A DNA stretch of 64,000 nucleotides. Origin: an uncultured Candidatus Rokubacteria bacterium. Lineage in GTDB: Bacteria; Methylomirabilota; Methylomirabilia; Rokubacteriales; CSP1-6. The position numbers were made by a program, and so were the translations under genes. Below are positions 35,130-45,743 of this stretch, in pieces (position 1 is the stretch's first letter; the number at the start of each line of letters is the position of its first letter). Location: positions 160,001 through 224,000 of the forward strand of contig CAVYTA010000001.1 of NCBI GenBank assembly GCA_963771355.1, written 5' to 3'. The notes under the pieces were generated by a model. That model ran no database searches. It was not told where the DNA came from and saw only the letters and a list, made by a program, of their open reading frames with translations.

Positions 35130-35288
35130 GGGGCGAGTGGCCTCACGGGGGCGGCAGTAAGGAGCGCAACCCCGTTGGCGCGGAGCCGAGCCGGTTGGGC
35201 ACGGCATGCAGCTGGGGTTACGGCGGAAGGTGGGCTTCCGCTGACACGCAGTGCACGGGCGAGCAGTGAACGACAAAAGGAGAAGCAG

Positions 35289-35468
35289 ATGAAGCGACTT
35301 ATCGGTTACGTCAAGGACGAGCGGGGCGTGGAGACGCTTGAGTGGATCGTCGTCGGCGCCCTCATCGTGGCCGTCGGCATCGCGGTGTATACGGGCGCCC
35401 TCCAGGGCCAGCTCGTCACCGCCGTCAACGCGATCGGCTCGCGGATCTCGGGTCTCGCCAGCTCGTAA
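35289..35468 (+). CDS. flp: Flp pilin 1
   Basis: AAGGAG SD; DERG|VETLEW followed by a hydrophobic helix; 59 aa. Confidence 0.88.
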   Translation: MKRLIGYVKDERGVETLEWIVVGALIVAVGIAVYTGALQGQLVTAVNAIGSRISGLASS

Positions 35469-35548
35469 CGACGGACCACGACGCGGGTGCCCCGGGACTT
35501 CGGGGCGCCCGCGTCGTGAAATCTCAAACCAACGGGAGGAGGAAAAGC

Positions 35549-35732
35549 GTGTTCAAGACGGCTTGGTCGTACATCAGCAATGAGCGTGGGGTCGAGACGC
35601 TGGAGTGGATCGTCGTGGGGGCGCTCATCGTCGCGATCGGTATCGCGATCTATCCGGGTACGCTTCAAACCCAGCTGACCACCGCGATCAACGCGATCGG
35701 TGCAACAGGTTACCGGCTTGGCGAGCTCCTGA
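35549..35732 (+). CDS. flp: Flp pilin 2 (+1 frameshift near 35705)
   Basis: NERG|VETLEW paralogue. Removing one A restores ...AIGAQVTGLASS*, matching the flp1 ending ISGLASS. Confidence 0.8.
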
Positions 35733-35769
35733 ACCTTCTCTGCGGTGCCCTGCACCATTGGATGCCACC

Positions 35770-36168
35770 ATGAAACTAGTGCGAAAGCTCGTCAATAGCC
35801 GCGGGACGTCGACCCTCGAGTTCGTGGTCGTACTCCCGGTGCTCCTTTTCGTTCTCTTCTCGATCGTGGAGCTGAGCCGGGCCTGGCTCACGCTCAATCT
35901 GGCCACCGCCGCCGCGCGCGAAGGCGTGCGCGCGGGCGTCGTCGCGCCGGCCGACTCGGTGAGCACGGCGGGCGATGCCAAGATCAATTCGATCCTCGGC
36001 AACGGCACGTGGACGGGCGGTGTCACCTGTGCGGCGTCCCCCTGTGCGCCTGACCAAGTCGTGTCAGCCACGGTCACGCTTCAGTTCCAGACCGTCGTCC
36101 CGCTGATCCTTCCCGCGATGTTCGGGAACATGAACATCACCCAGACCGCATCCATGCGGTACGAATAG
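35770..36168 (+). CDS. tadE: TadE-like minor pilin
   Basis: RG|TSTLEF..VLP and AAAREGVR motifs. Confidence 0.88.
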   Translation: MKLVRKLVNSRGTSTLEFVVVLPVLLFVLFSIVELSRAWLTLNLATAAAREGVRAGVVAPADSVSTAGDAKINSILGNGTWTGGVTCAASPCAPDQVVSATVTLQFQTVVPLILPAMFGNMNITQTASMRYE

Positions 36169-36180
36169 GATCGTGCAGCC

Positions 36181-37101
36181 ATGAATCGTCGACTCGTGAT
36201 GGTACTGGTATTCGCCGCGATCGTGGGGCTCATCGCCAGCTTCTTCGTCTACCAGGTGGTGCGCCAGCTGGCGATGGCGGGCGGCCCCGAAGCGACCGAG
36301 CCGGTAGTGGTGGCGGCCGTCAACATGAGCATGGCCGAATCGGTGACGAGTCAGCACGTCAAGGTCGCGCAATGGCCCAAGGGCGCGATTCCCGCGGGAG
36401 CGATCCGCACCCTGGCCAACGCGGAAGGGCGCGTGGTGCGTAGCGCCATCGTGGCGGGCGAGCCACTCCTCGAGTCGAGGCTGGCGCCCGAGCTGGCGGG
36501 GCGCGGCGGCGTCATGGCGATGCTGGTTCCCGAAGGGCAGCGCGGTGTCTCGATCAGTGTGGACCAGGCGATTCGCGAGAGCGGGTTCATCCTCCCCAAT
36601 AGCCGCGTCGACGTGCTGGTGAGCATGGCCAAGCCTGGGTCCCAGAACGAGAAGATCGCCAAGGTGATCCTCCAGGACGTCCTGATCCTGGCCGCCGGCC
36701 AGACGGTGGAGATGCGCGACAACAAGCCGATCACCGTGACGACCGTCACCCTCGCGCTGACCCCCGAGCAGACCGAGCGGCTCGCGGTGGCGCAGAGCGA
36801 GGGGCGGATCACGCTGACGACCCGCAACCTGAGGGACAACCAGCTCGTCAGGACGCCGGGAGCCACCCAGGCGACCCTGCTGAGCGACATGGCGCGCCCC
36901 GCGGTGGCAACGGGTCCGACCGCGACGGCGCCGGTGGCGCGGCGAACGACCGCGGCCGCGGCGCCGCTCCCGGCCCCCGCCGTCGAGGGCCATACGGTGT
37001 CGGTGCTGCGCGGGTCGCGGCTCAGCGAGCAGCAGTTCATCAAGCTGGGCGACCGGGGCTGGATGGAGCGGCAGCAAGCGCAGCAGGCGGAGCGGCGGTG
37101 A
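36181..37101 (+). CDS. cpaB: Flp pilus assembly protein CpaB/RcpC
   Basis: SAF domain, GFILPNSRVDVL, ILQDVLILA and VTLALTPEQ motifs. Confidence 0.92.
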   Translation: MNRRLVMVLVFAAIVGLIASFFVYQVVRQLAMAGGPEATEPVVVAAVNMSMAESVTSQHVKVAQWPKGAIPAGAIRTLANAEGRVVRSAIVAGEPLLESRLAPELAGRGGVMAMLVPEGQRGVSISVDQAIRESGFILPNSRVDVLVSMAKPGSQNEKIAKVILQDVLILAAGQTVEMRDNKPITVTTVTLALTPEQTERLAVAQSEGRITLTTRNLRDNQLVRTPGATQATLLSDMARPAVATGPTATAPVARRTTAAAAPLPAPAVEGHTVSVLRGSRLSEQQFIKLGDRGWMERQQAQQAERR

Positions 37102-37556
37102 GCCCCGTGCTCGGCGCACTCCTGCTCGGCCTCGCGATGCTGCTCGGCGCGGCGGTGGGATCGGCCGGCGCCCAGGAGCCGTTCGCGCTCTTCGTCGCCT
37201 CGGACCAGGCCAATGTCCTCACCGTGGGTCCCGATCCACTGACGAAGGTGGTGGTCGCGAATCCCAATGTGGCGGACGTCCAGGTGCTCAACCCGACCCA
37301 GCTCCTCCTCACGGGGAAGGCCGTGGGCCGGACCTCGCTGCTCCTGATCTTCGCCGGCAACAAGCAGCGCCAGTACGATCTCGTCGTCCACCCTGGTGCC
37401 GCACTGCCCTCGACGTCGGCTCCGGTGAGCCCGGAGCCGCATTCGGTCCTCGTGCATCGGGGCGAACAGGTGAGCCAGCGCTTCTTCCTGCGCGACAAGT
37501 CAGAACTCTGGATCGAGCTGGGCACGGTGAAGGACGCCGAGCCCGTGAAGAAGTGA
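37098..37556 (+). CDS. Stand-alone secretin N-terminal (T2SS/T3SS pil_N) domain protein
   Basis: Signal peptide; VVVANPNVADV...LLTGKAVGRTSL resembles the N-domain of the next gene. Confidence 0.75.
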   Translation: MSPVLGALLLGLAMLLGAAVGSAGAQEPFALFVASDQANVLTVGPDPLTKVVVANPNVADVQVLNPTQLLLTGKAVGRTSLLLIFAGNKQRQYDLVVHPGAALPSTSAPVSPEPHSVLVHRGEQVSQRFFLRDKSELWIELGTVKDAEPVKK

Positions 37557-39015
37557 ACCAGACGATGGGACGGAAAGGCGATCGAATGCGCTATGCGGCC
37601 GGGCAGGGGTGGGCACGAGTCATGGTGGGGCTCCTGCTGGGAGTGCTGGGCCTCGCGATGGGCGCGCTGCCCGCGCACGCCAACGAGCAGGGGGTCATCC
37701 GGCTCGAGGTCACCATCGGGAAGTCGCAGGTCGTAGAGCTGAAGGAGCCGTTCACGCGGGTCTCGGTGACCAACCCGGCCATCGCAGACGTGTTCGTCGT
37801 CACTCCCAACCAGATCCTGGTGAGCGGCAAGGCGGTAGGGACGACGTCCCTCATCGTGTTCTACCCGCGCCAGACGGTCTTCTTCGATCTCCTGGTGCAG
37901 ACGGACCTCGCGCTGCTGCGCGAGCGGCTCAAGCACGTCGCGCCCAAGGACGAGATCGAGGTTCAAGCCGCGCAGGAGTCGCTCATCCTCACGGGGACCA
38001 GCACGAGCGAGCAGGTGATGGCGGGGGCGATCGAGGTGGCGTCGGTATTCGCGCCCAAGGGCAAGGTGATCAGCCTGCTGAGCGTCACTGACGTCAAGCC
38101 CCAGCAGGTGCTCGCTGCAAGTCCATGTGGCGGAGGCCACGCGCGAGGCGCTGAGAGAGCTCGGCTTCAGCATTCGTGCCTTCGGCGACACCCTCCAGGC
38201 GGCCGCAATGCCGGGCAACGCCTTTTTCCCGGGCCTGGGCACCCTGGGCGCGGTCGCCGCGCGGGGATTGGCCGACTATGCGGTCGGCCAGAACACGCCG
38301 GAATTCGCGTTCCCCGGGAGCAACTTCTTCCTGTCCTCGGGGGCGCGGGATTACGCCGGGCTGGTTCGCGCCCTCGCCGAGCGGAACCTCTTCCGCACGC
38401 TCGCGAAGCCGAACCTCATCACCCAGAGCGGCAAGCAGGCGAAATTCATTTCCGGGGGTGAGTTCCCGTACCCGGTCGCTCAGGAGGGACAACAGGGTCA
38501 CGATCGAATTCAAGGAGTTTGGCATCGGGCTGCTCTTCACGCCGGTGGTCGTCGACGGCGACACGATCAACCTCAAGCTCAGTCCCGAGGTCTCGAGCCT
38601 CGACTTCAGCCAGGGCCTCGTCTCCGCCGGCTTCAGCATCCCCGTGATCCGGAAGAACCAGGCCGCTACCAATGTCAGCCTGAAAGACGGCGAGACCTTC
38701 GCGATTGCCGGCCTGATCAACAACGAGGTGCGCCAGGCGGTGGCGAAGATTCCGCTCCTGGGGGACATTCCGATCCTGGGCGCGCTCTTCCGCAGCGCGC
38801 GCTTCCAGAACAATGAGACCGAGCTCCTGTTCCTCGTCACCGTGAAGGTCGTGAAGCCCGAGCCGGTGGGCTCGCCTGGCGTTCCCGAGGCCGCCAAGAT
38901 GCTCGAGCTTCGCCCGAAGGAGAAGTCCGAATTCACCCTTCTCCCGGGGATCCCGGGCGTCGGCGAGGTCATGGACCGCCCATTCGGCCAGAGCGGCCTT
39001 CCGACCCCAAAGTGA
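37553..39015 (+). CDS. cpaC: Tad secretin CpaC/RcpA (two +1 frameshifts, near 38114 and 38484)
   Basis: Three consecutive frames give pil_N + QQVLLQVHVAE + LAKPNL...FISGGEFPYP + EFKEFG...KIPLLGDIPILGALF. Confidence 0.88.
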
Positions 39016-39028
39016 CCCAGGCCTGACC

Positions 39029-40261
39029 ATGCCCAACGTGCTCCGTATCGTCGTCGTCGACTCCGATCCCGAGTCCCGATCCTCCCTGCGCAAGATCCTG
39101 GGCGGGACGCCGGGAGCAGTCGTGGTGGGGGAATTCGGTGAAGTCCGGCAAGCGATGCTCGAGACCCCGGATCGCCGCCCGGATCTTCTGCTCATCGAGG
39201 TGCCGTCGCCGGCCGCGGGCCGGGACGGCGACGCCTCCGGCGAGACCATCCGGAAGTTCGCGGAGGCGCTGCCCGAAGCGGCCATCCTGGCCATGGGAAC
39301 GGACGTCTCGGCCGAGACCGTGATCAAGGTCATCCGCGCGGGAGCCTTCGAGTTCCTTCCCCGGCCGGTGGAGCGCGGCGACCTGACGGCGGCGCTCGAG
39401 AAGATCACGCGCGTGCGGCGGGGACCGGCGCCGAACGCCCGGAAGACCGGCCGCGTGGTCTCGGCGTTCTCGACCAAGGGTGGTCTCGGCGTGACCACGG
39501 TGGCGATCAACCTCGCGGTCTGCCTGGCCGAGAAGGCGCCGGACAACACGCTCCTGATCGAGCTCGACACGCGGCAGTCCGACATCGCGACCTTCCTCGA
39601 CTTGCGCCCGACCTACTCGGTGCTCGACGCCTTCGAGAACATCGACCGCCTCGATGAGTCGTTCCTCCGCGGGCTCCTCACGCGGCACTCGAGCGGGCTC
39701 TGGGTGCTGCCCGGCCCGCTCCGGATGGAGCGGACCCAGCTCAACGGGGAGCAGGTCAGGGCCGGGCTCGAGATCATCCGCTCGCACTTCGACAACGTGG
39801 TGCTCGACCTCCGGCACGACACCTCCCCGGGGACCTTCGCGGGGCTCGAGGCCTCCGACGCGATCATGTTCCTCACCAGCCTCGAGGTCTCGGCGCTGCG
39901 GTCCGGTGCGGCCGGGCTCGCCGGGTTCCGTCTGCTCGGGCTCGATCCCCACAAGATCAAGGTGGTGGTGATGCGGGAGGACACGGGCGAGGACGTGACC
40001 CTGAAGCACGCCCGCGAGGCCCTCGGCGTACCCGTGTACTGGCGGACACCCAGCGACTATCAGGCGGTGGTATCGGCGATCAACTCGGGCAAGCCCGTGG
40101 TGACTGCCTCCCCGCGCTCGAAGTTCGCTCGCAACCTCAGACAGCTCGCGGACATGCTCACCGCTGCCGGGCCCGGGCCCAAGGGGGGCGCGCCCGCCTC
40201 GAAACGTTCGACCTCATTGCTGGGGATGGTCTGGAATCCCAAGAGCCTCCCAGGAGCGTAA
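39029..40261 (+). CDS. cpaE: CpaE/TadZ (atypical receiver + MinD/ParA-like ATPase)
   Basis: Receiver-like N-terminus and deviant Walker A KGGLGVTT. Confidence 0.88.
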   Translation: MPNVLRIVVVDSDPESRSSLRKILGGTPGAVVVGEFGEVRQAMLETPDRRPDLLLIEVPSPAAGRDGDASGETIRKFAEALPEAAILAMGTDVSAETVIKVIRAGAFEFLPRPVERGDLTAALEKITRVRRGPAPNARKTGRVVSAFSTKGGLGVTTVAINLAVCLAEKAPDNTLLIELDTRQSDIATFLDLRPTYSVLDAFENIDRLDESFLRGLLTRHSSGLWVLPGPLRMERTQLNGEQVRAGLEIIRSHFDNVVLDLRHDTSPGTFAGLEASDAIMFLTSLEVSALRSGAAGLAGFRLLGLDPHKIKVVVMREDTGEDVTLKHAREALGVPVYWRTPSDYQAVVSAINSGKPVVTASPRSKFARNLRQLADMLTAAGPGPKGGAPASKRSTSLLGMVWNPKSLPGA

Positions 40262-40264
40262 TAC

Positions 40265-41635
40265 ATGGCACTTTTCCAGCGACGGCGCGGCCCCGAGCCC
40301 GCCCCGGTTATGACGACGACGAACGGCGCCGCCCGCGAGCCCCAGCGCGCCGGTGAGTCGGCGTACTTCGACCTCAAGACCCGGATCCACCGCCAGCTCA
40401 TCGAGCGCCTCGACCTGACGAAGCTCGCCCTGCTGCCCCACGAAGCCGTTCAGCAGCAGATCCAGCGCATCGTGGAAGACATGCTGGCGACCGACGACAC
40501 GCCGCTGAGCCGGCAGGAGCGCGAGCAGCTCGTGGTCGAGGTCCAGCACGAGACCTTCGGCCTCGGCCCCATCGAGCCGCTCATGCAGGACCCGACGGTG
40601 TCCGACATCCTCGTCAACGGGCCCCGCTCCGTCTACGTCGAGCGACGCGGGAAGCTCGAGCGCACCCGCGTCGTCTTCCGCGATGACACGCACCTCCTCC
40701 AGGTCATCGAGCGCATCGTGTCGGCGGTGGGCCGGCGCGTGGACGAGTCGTCCCCCATGGTGGATGCGCGGCTGCCCGACGGCTCGCGTATCAACGCGAT
40801 CATCCCGCCGCTGGCCCTGGACGGCCCCGTGCTCTCGATCCGCCGTTTCGCGGTGGACCCGCTCAAGACGGAGGACCTGCTCGAGCTGGGCACCTGGACG
40901 CCCGCGCTGTCCGAGATCATCCGGGCCGCGGTCAAGTCCCGCCTGAACATCCTGATCTCGGGAGGAACGGGCTCGGGGAAGACGACCCTCCTCAACGTCA
41001 TTTCCGAGGCCATCCCGAACCACGAGCGCATCGTCACCGTGGAGGACTCGGCCGAGCTCCAGCTCCAGCAGGAGCACAAGGTCCGTCTCGAGACGCGCCC
41101 GGCCAACGTGGAAGGGGCCGGGAACGTGACCCAGCGGGACCTCGTGCGCAACGCGCTCCGGATGCGGCCCGACCGGATCATCCTCGGCGAGGTGCGCGGG
41201 GCCGAGGTGCTGGACATGCTGCAGGCCATGAACACCGGCCATGACGGCTCGCTGTCCACCGTGCACGCGAACTCGACCCGTGATGCCCTGGCCCGGCTGG
41301 AGACCATGATCCTACTCTCGGGGATCTCGCTCCCGGTGCGGGCGATGCGCGACTATATCGCATCGGCGCTCGACGTCGTGATCCACCTCTCCCGGCTGAG
41401 CGACGGAACCCGGAAGATTCTCCGGCTCACCGAGGTCGTCGGCATGGAAGAGGACGTGGTGACCACCCAGGACATCTTCGTCTTCGAGCAGGAGGGCATC
41501 GACAAGGACGGCAAGGTCATCGGTTACCACCGCGCCACCGGGGTCCGGCCGAAGTTCGCCGACCGTCTCCGCCGGGCCGGCATCGAGCTGCGCCCGGACA
41601 TGTTCGACCCCACCAAGCGCCAGGCGACGCGCTGA
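40265..41635 (+). CDS. cpaF: Tad pilus ATPase CpaF/TadA
   Basis: [30 protein letters not shown] and MNTGHDGS motifs. Confidence 0.96.
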   Translation: MALFQRRRGPEPAPVMTTTNGAAREPQRAGESAYFDLKTRIHRQLIERLDLTKLALLPHEAVQQQIQRIVEDMLATDDTPLSRQEREQLVVEVQHETFGLGPIEPLMQDPTVSDILVNGPRSVYVERRGKLERTRVVFRDDTHLLQVIERIVSAVGRRVDESSPMVDARLPDGSRINAIIPPLALDGPVLSIRRFAVDPLKTEDLLELGTWTPALSEIIRAAVKSRLNILISGGTGSGKTTLLNVISEAIPNHERIVTVEDSAELQLQQEHKVRLETRPANVEGAGNVTQRDLVRNALRMRPDRIILGEVRGAEVLDMLQAMNTGHDGSLSTVHANSTRDALARLETMILLSGISLPVRAMRDYIASALDVVIHLSRLSDGTRKILRLTEVVGMEEDVVTTQDIFVFEQEGIDKDGKVIGYHRATGVRPKFADRLRRAGIELRPDMFDPTKRQATR

Positions 41636-42573
41636 TGCCGCTGGTCGTTGCTGCGCTGACCTTTCTGCTCGTGGTGGCCCTCATCGCCGGCATCACCTGG
41701 TCCTTCGAGGGCACCCGTCGTCTCCGCCAGCGTCTCGTGGCGGGGTCGTCCGCGGGACTAGGCGTCGAGGGCGATCTCCTCCGGGTCGAAGCGGGACGTG
41801 GGGCCGATGGGGAACCGCGCCGGGCCGCCCTCCGCGATCGTCTGGCGCGCCTTGCCGACCAGGCGGGCTATCCCGCACTGGCCGATACCATCTTCCTCTA
41901 TATCGGCGGCTGTGCCTTCCTCGGCTTCTTGCTGGGATTGATGCGGACGGGCGAGCTCATCTGGGGGATCGGGGCGGCCGCCGTCGTGGGCTCCGCTCCT
42001 CTCGTGTTCCTCGCCTGGAAGCGGCAGAAGCGCATGCAGCAGTTCGAGACACAGTTCCCCGACGGGCTCGACGCCATGGCGCGCGCCATCCGAGCCGGAA
42101 ACGCCCTCAGCACCGCTATCCAGCTCGTCGCTGAAGAGATGGCCGATCCCATCGGGGGCGAGTTCCGCCGGGTATTCGAGGAAACGAAGCTCGGCATGGA
42201 TCCCGGCGAGGCGCTTTCACGGCTGTCCGAGCGTACGCCGACGGACGACGTCCGTTTCTTCTGCACCGCCGTCGCCATCCAGCGCGGCTCGGGCGGGAAC
42301 CTCGCGGAGATTCTGGACCGGCTGAGCGAAGTGATACGCGAGCGTTTCAGGATCCTGAGCCATGCTCGTGCCCTGTCGGCCCAGCATCGCTGGTCCGCCA
42401 TCTGTGTGGGGGTCAGCCCGGCGGCCTTCGCGCTCATTCTCGAGCTGCTGAACCCCGGGTACTTCACACCCATGATGGAGTCCCCCCTGGCGCCGCTGCT
42501 CCTCGGCGCGGGCTTCGTCATGGAGGCCATCGGCTTCCTCATGGTATGGCGCATCGCCAAGATCAAGGTATGA
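41635..42573 (+). CDS. tadB: TadB platform protein
   Basis: FPDGLD...IRAG and GGNLAEIL T2SSF motifs. Confidence 0.92.
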   Translation: MPLVVAALTFLLVVALIAGITWSFEGTRRLRQRLVAGSSAGLGVEGDLLRVEAGRGADGEPRRAALRDRLARLADQAGYPALADTIFLYIGGCAFLGFLLGLMRTGELIWGIGAAAVVGSAPLVFLAWKRQKRMQQFETQFPDGLDAMARAIRAGNALSTAIQLVAEEMADPIGGEFRRVFEETKLGMDPGEALSRLSERTPTDDVRFFCTAVAIQRGSGGNLAEILDRLSEVIRERFRILSHARALSAQHRWSAICVGVSPAAFALILELLNPGYFTPMMESPLAPLLLGAGFVMEAIGFLMVWRIAKIKV

Positions 42574-42580
42574 GACGAGC

Positions 42581-43516
42581 ATGAACCCACTCACGTACGC
42601 GATCGTCACCTTCGTCGTGGTGCTCGGGGTCACTCTCGTCAGCGCGCTGATCATTCTGCGGCTCTGGCCGGCAATCGGACGTGACCGGCTCACTCCGGCG
42701 ACCACGGCAGGCGGGGCCGAATCGATCCTGCGATTCGGGAACGAGCCGGCGACGGGGCTGCAGCGCACCATCGAGAAGATCGGCCGGAACGTCATCCCGA
42801 AGGACACGGTTCGACTCACACGCTACCGGACGCGGCTGGCGCAGGCCGGCATCCACGATCCCCGGGGCGTCGCCGTTCTCTGGGGCGCCAAGCTCGTCTG
42901 CGCGCTGATCGGGCTTTTCGCCTATCCGTTCTTCGGCTTTCTCGTCCAGCGGCTGCTCTCGAACATGCTGCTCATATCGCTCGCCTGCTTTGCGGTCGGG
43001 TTCCTCCTCCCGGACTTCTGGCTGTACAACCGGATCAAGGAGCGGCAGCGGGCGATCCTGAACACGCTGCCGGACGTGCTCGACCTCTTGATGGTCTGCG
43101 TCGAGGCCGGGCTGGGCTTCGATTCGGCGGTGGCCCGCGTGGCCGAGCAGGAGGAGCTGGAGCGGAGCCCGCTCCACCAGGAGCTCATGCGCATGCACCT
43201 GGAAGTCCGGGCGGGACGCCCGCGCGAGGAAGCCCTGCGCTCGCTGGGCGACCGCTGCGGCATCCAGGAAGTGCGATCGATGGTGAGTGCGTTCATCCAG
43301 TCCGATCGGCTCGGCACGCCGCTCGGCAAGACGCTGCGTGTCCACGCCGAGTCGGCGCGCGTCCAGCGCCGGCACCGCGCGGAAGAGCGGGCGTCCCTCG
43401 CGCCGCTGAAGATGATCTTCCCCACCGTGCTGTTTCTCATGCCGGCGTTCTTCCTGGTGGCGATGGCCCCCTCTCTCCTCGGCCTCATCAAGTCGTTCAG
43501 GAGCCTAGTACAATGA
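42581..43516 (+). CDS. tadC: TadC platform protein
   Basis: LPDVLDLLMVCVEAGLG, GTPLGKTL and KMIFP motifs. Confidence 0.92.
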   Translation: MNPLTYAIVTFVVVLGVTLVSALIILRLWPAIGRDRLTPATTAGGAESILRFGNEPATGLQRTIEKIGRNVIPKDTVRLTRYRTRLAQAGIHDPRGVAVLWGAKLVCALIGLFAYPFFGFLVQRLLSNMLLISLACFAVGFLLPDFWLYNRIKERQRAILNTLPDVLDLLMVCVEAGLGFDSAVARVAEQEELERSPLHQELMRMHLEVRAGRPREEALRSLGDRCGIQEVRSMVSAFIQSDRLGTPLGKTLRVHAESARVQRRHRAEERASLAPLKMIFPTVLFLMPAFFLVAMAPSLLGLIKSFRSLVQ

Positions 43517-44118
43517 CGCAGCCCCTGGCCTCTCTCGTGCGAGTCGGTGCCGTGCTGGTCTCATGCCTTGCGCTCTGGGCCACGCCGTCGGCGGCCCAGG
43601 ACACGAGTGCGGAGGTGCGGACCTGGGCCGGTCAGTCCTGGCGCCTGGCGCAGCCCTCCCTCGAGATCTTCTACACGATCCCGGCGCCGGCCAAGGGCGC
43701 CACCGAGTCGTATGGCGCGGCCCCGGCCGGCGGCGCGGGCACGGCGGGTAAATCGTCGCTATCCATGTCCGGTTCGGTCCAGGCGCTGGAAAGCTTCTTC
43801 GACTCGGGCGCGGAGCCGCGGCAGGGACGCCGCCAGGCCGAATACATCACCATCCGTCGCGGCGCGGTCGAGACGCGGCTGCCGCTCGCGAGCATCACGA
43901 GCCTCACGTTCACGCGGCAGCCGGTCTCGAACAGCTCGTTGCCGCCCTACCTGGTCAGTCGGCACTTCCGGTATGCCGCGACCGCGGTCATGACCGACGG
44001 CTCCCGGCTCGAGGGGGACTACATCAATCTCGGAACGCTGATCCTCCGGGGCCAGACGGCCGAGGGCCGCCTGGACATCTCGTGGGAAGACATCGAGTCC
44101 GTCCGCTTCCAGCGCTAG
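43513..44118 (+). CDS. Hypothetical secreted beta-rich protein in the tad operon
   Basis: Signal peptide (SAA|Q); translationally coupled to tadC. Confidence 0.7.
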   Translation: MTQPLASLVRVGAVLVSCLALWATPSAAQDTSAEVRTWAGQSWRLAQPSLEIFYTIPAPAKGATESYGAAPAGGAGTAGKSSLSMSGSVQALESFFDSGAEPRQGRRQAEYITIRRGAVETRLPLASITSLTFTRQPVSNSSLPPYLVSRHFRYAATAVMTDGSRLEGDYINLGTLILRGQTAEGRLDISWEDIESVRFQR

Positions 44119-44137
44119 TGACGAGGAGAACTACGTT

Positions 44138-45357
44138 ATGAGACTTCAATGGCTGCGTGACCGGCTGCACAACGAGCGAGGCAGCGTTCTCCTCTTCACG
44201 TTCACGCTGCTCGTTTTCCTGCTGGTGATGGGCGGGTTCGCGATGGACTTCGCCTTCCAGGCCGCCGCGCGCACCGAGCTGCAGCGGAGCATCGACGCCG
44301 CCGCCCTCGCCGGAGCCGGCAAGCTCGGCTTCGACGATACGGTGTTCCCCACCGCGCGCGCGTTCGCCCGTGACTACGGGACCCGGAACCCCACTCGAAC
44401 CGGTCCGGTGACCCTCAGCCTCAATACGCCCAATGATCCGGCCGGCAACATCGTGCTGGGTAGTCTGGAACGCGGGGAGCTTCAACCCGTCGCTCGCGGG
44501 CAACCAGGTCAACGCGGTCCGCTGCCAGATCCAGACCACGATCCCGACCTCGTTCCTGCGGCTGCTCGGAGTCAATGACCTGCCCATCGCGGCCAACGCG
44601 ATCGCCGTGTCCAACCCGCCGGCGCTGCCGGGGTGCGGCACGCCGATCCTGCCCATCGCGGTGACCCCCTGCGCGTTCTACGATGCGGGGACCGGGACAG
44701 TTCAACAACAGCAATGGCTGCGGCACCGGCCTGACCTGGATCTCGAGCAACCGGATCTGCGACAACTCGCCCGGCAGCGCGCAAGTCGTGCAACTCCGCG
44801 GCCTGGGCCAGTCTGGACGGTACCAACTGGACCAACGCTCAGCACCAGGGGGCCATCACGAACGCGGGCCTCGACGAACCCGGCGTGCAATGCCACGGCG
44901 CCTGCCGGCACCAATACCTATCTCGACAACGGGATGGTCCAGCCGACCTTCAACCTGCTGCGCAATACCTTCGTCGCCGAGCGGACCTCGACCCTGGCCG
45001 GTGGAGACATCATGAAGATCGTGAACGGGATCTCCCGTCGTGGCGTACCCCGCCTAGTCGGGGGGCTGGGAGGTCGGCGTCATGATGGTGCAGAGCGCCT
45101 GCTCCGCCGGGGCCACTGACCGGCACGAGTCAGATCCCAACTACAGCAAGTTCGTGGTGACCCAGATCTTCGACCAGAACGCCGGCTGCGTCGTCTCGCC
45201 GAACATGGATCCGCAGGCGGCGGCCTATTGCGGCACGTCGGACCCCAGCCTCCGCGCGGTGTTCGGCTACTTCCTCTGCGACACTCTGGGCCAGGTGGCG
45301 ACCCTCGACCCGGTTCCGCGCTCGGCTCTCGCGACCAGGCTCAGACTGGTTCGGTGA
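44138..45357 (+). CDS. TadG-like pseudopilin/tip adhesin, Cys-rich, multiply frameshifted
   Basis: NERG|SVLLF...ELQRSIDAAALAGA. Protein-like reading continues across +1 shifts near 44462, 44697, 44785 and 44867 and a noisy 45030-45140 stretch, ending ...RLRLVR*. Confidence 0.75.
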
Positions 45358-45710
45358 CCGGCCGCTTCTGCGGGTCGCTTCTCGCCTGCTCGCTCGTGGT
45401 CGGTGGCGGCGCCAGCGCGGGGTTCGCTGAGGGTCAGCCGGCTGAGCGCCACATGGCGGTTGGCGTCTTGCCGCTCGCCGCGGGAGCTCGCAGCCTTTCC
45501 GAGCTGCCACCGACCGCGAATTCGCCCAGGGAGGCTGGGGTCGAGCGCGCCACGCCGCCGGCCGCCGTCGGGACGCTGCCCGTCGCATCCCCCGCTTCAT
45601 TCGCCGATCGTGACGTCCCCGTTTCGAGCCCGGCGCTCGCCGGCTCGCCCGAGCGGGGAGACACCCTCAGGCGGGCCGGGGGGCTCTCGGACACACGCAG
45701 CAAGCCGTAG
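45354..45710 (+). CDS. Hypothetical protein with possible signal peptide
   Basis: GTGA overlap with the previous stop, hydrophobic N-terminus, low-complexity remainder. Confidence 0.4.
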   Translation: MTGRFCGSLLACSLVVGGGASAGFAEGQPAERHMAVGVLPLAAGARSLSELPPTANSPREAGVERATPPAAVGTLPVASPASFADRDVPVSSPALAGSPERGDTLRRAGGLSDTRSKP

Positions 45711-45743
45711 GCGAACGCCGGCACCCTCGGCAACAATGGACTC

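Noticed and set aside
35130..35280. c-di-GMP riboswitch upstream of flp
   Set aside because: Only a GCAGCTGGGGTTAC-like fragment resembles the 3' end. The GCAAA/GAAA core is not visible; an Rfam scan would settle it.
45055..45057. Amber readthrough (pyrrolysine) at in-frame TAGs 45055 and 53103
   Set aside because: Both lie in stretches dense with apparent insertion errors, and TAG is a normal stop elsewhere in the window.
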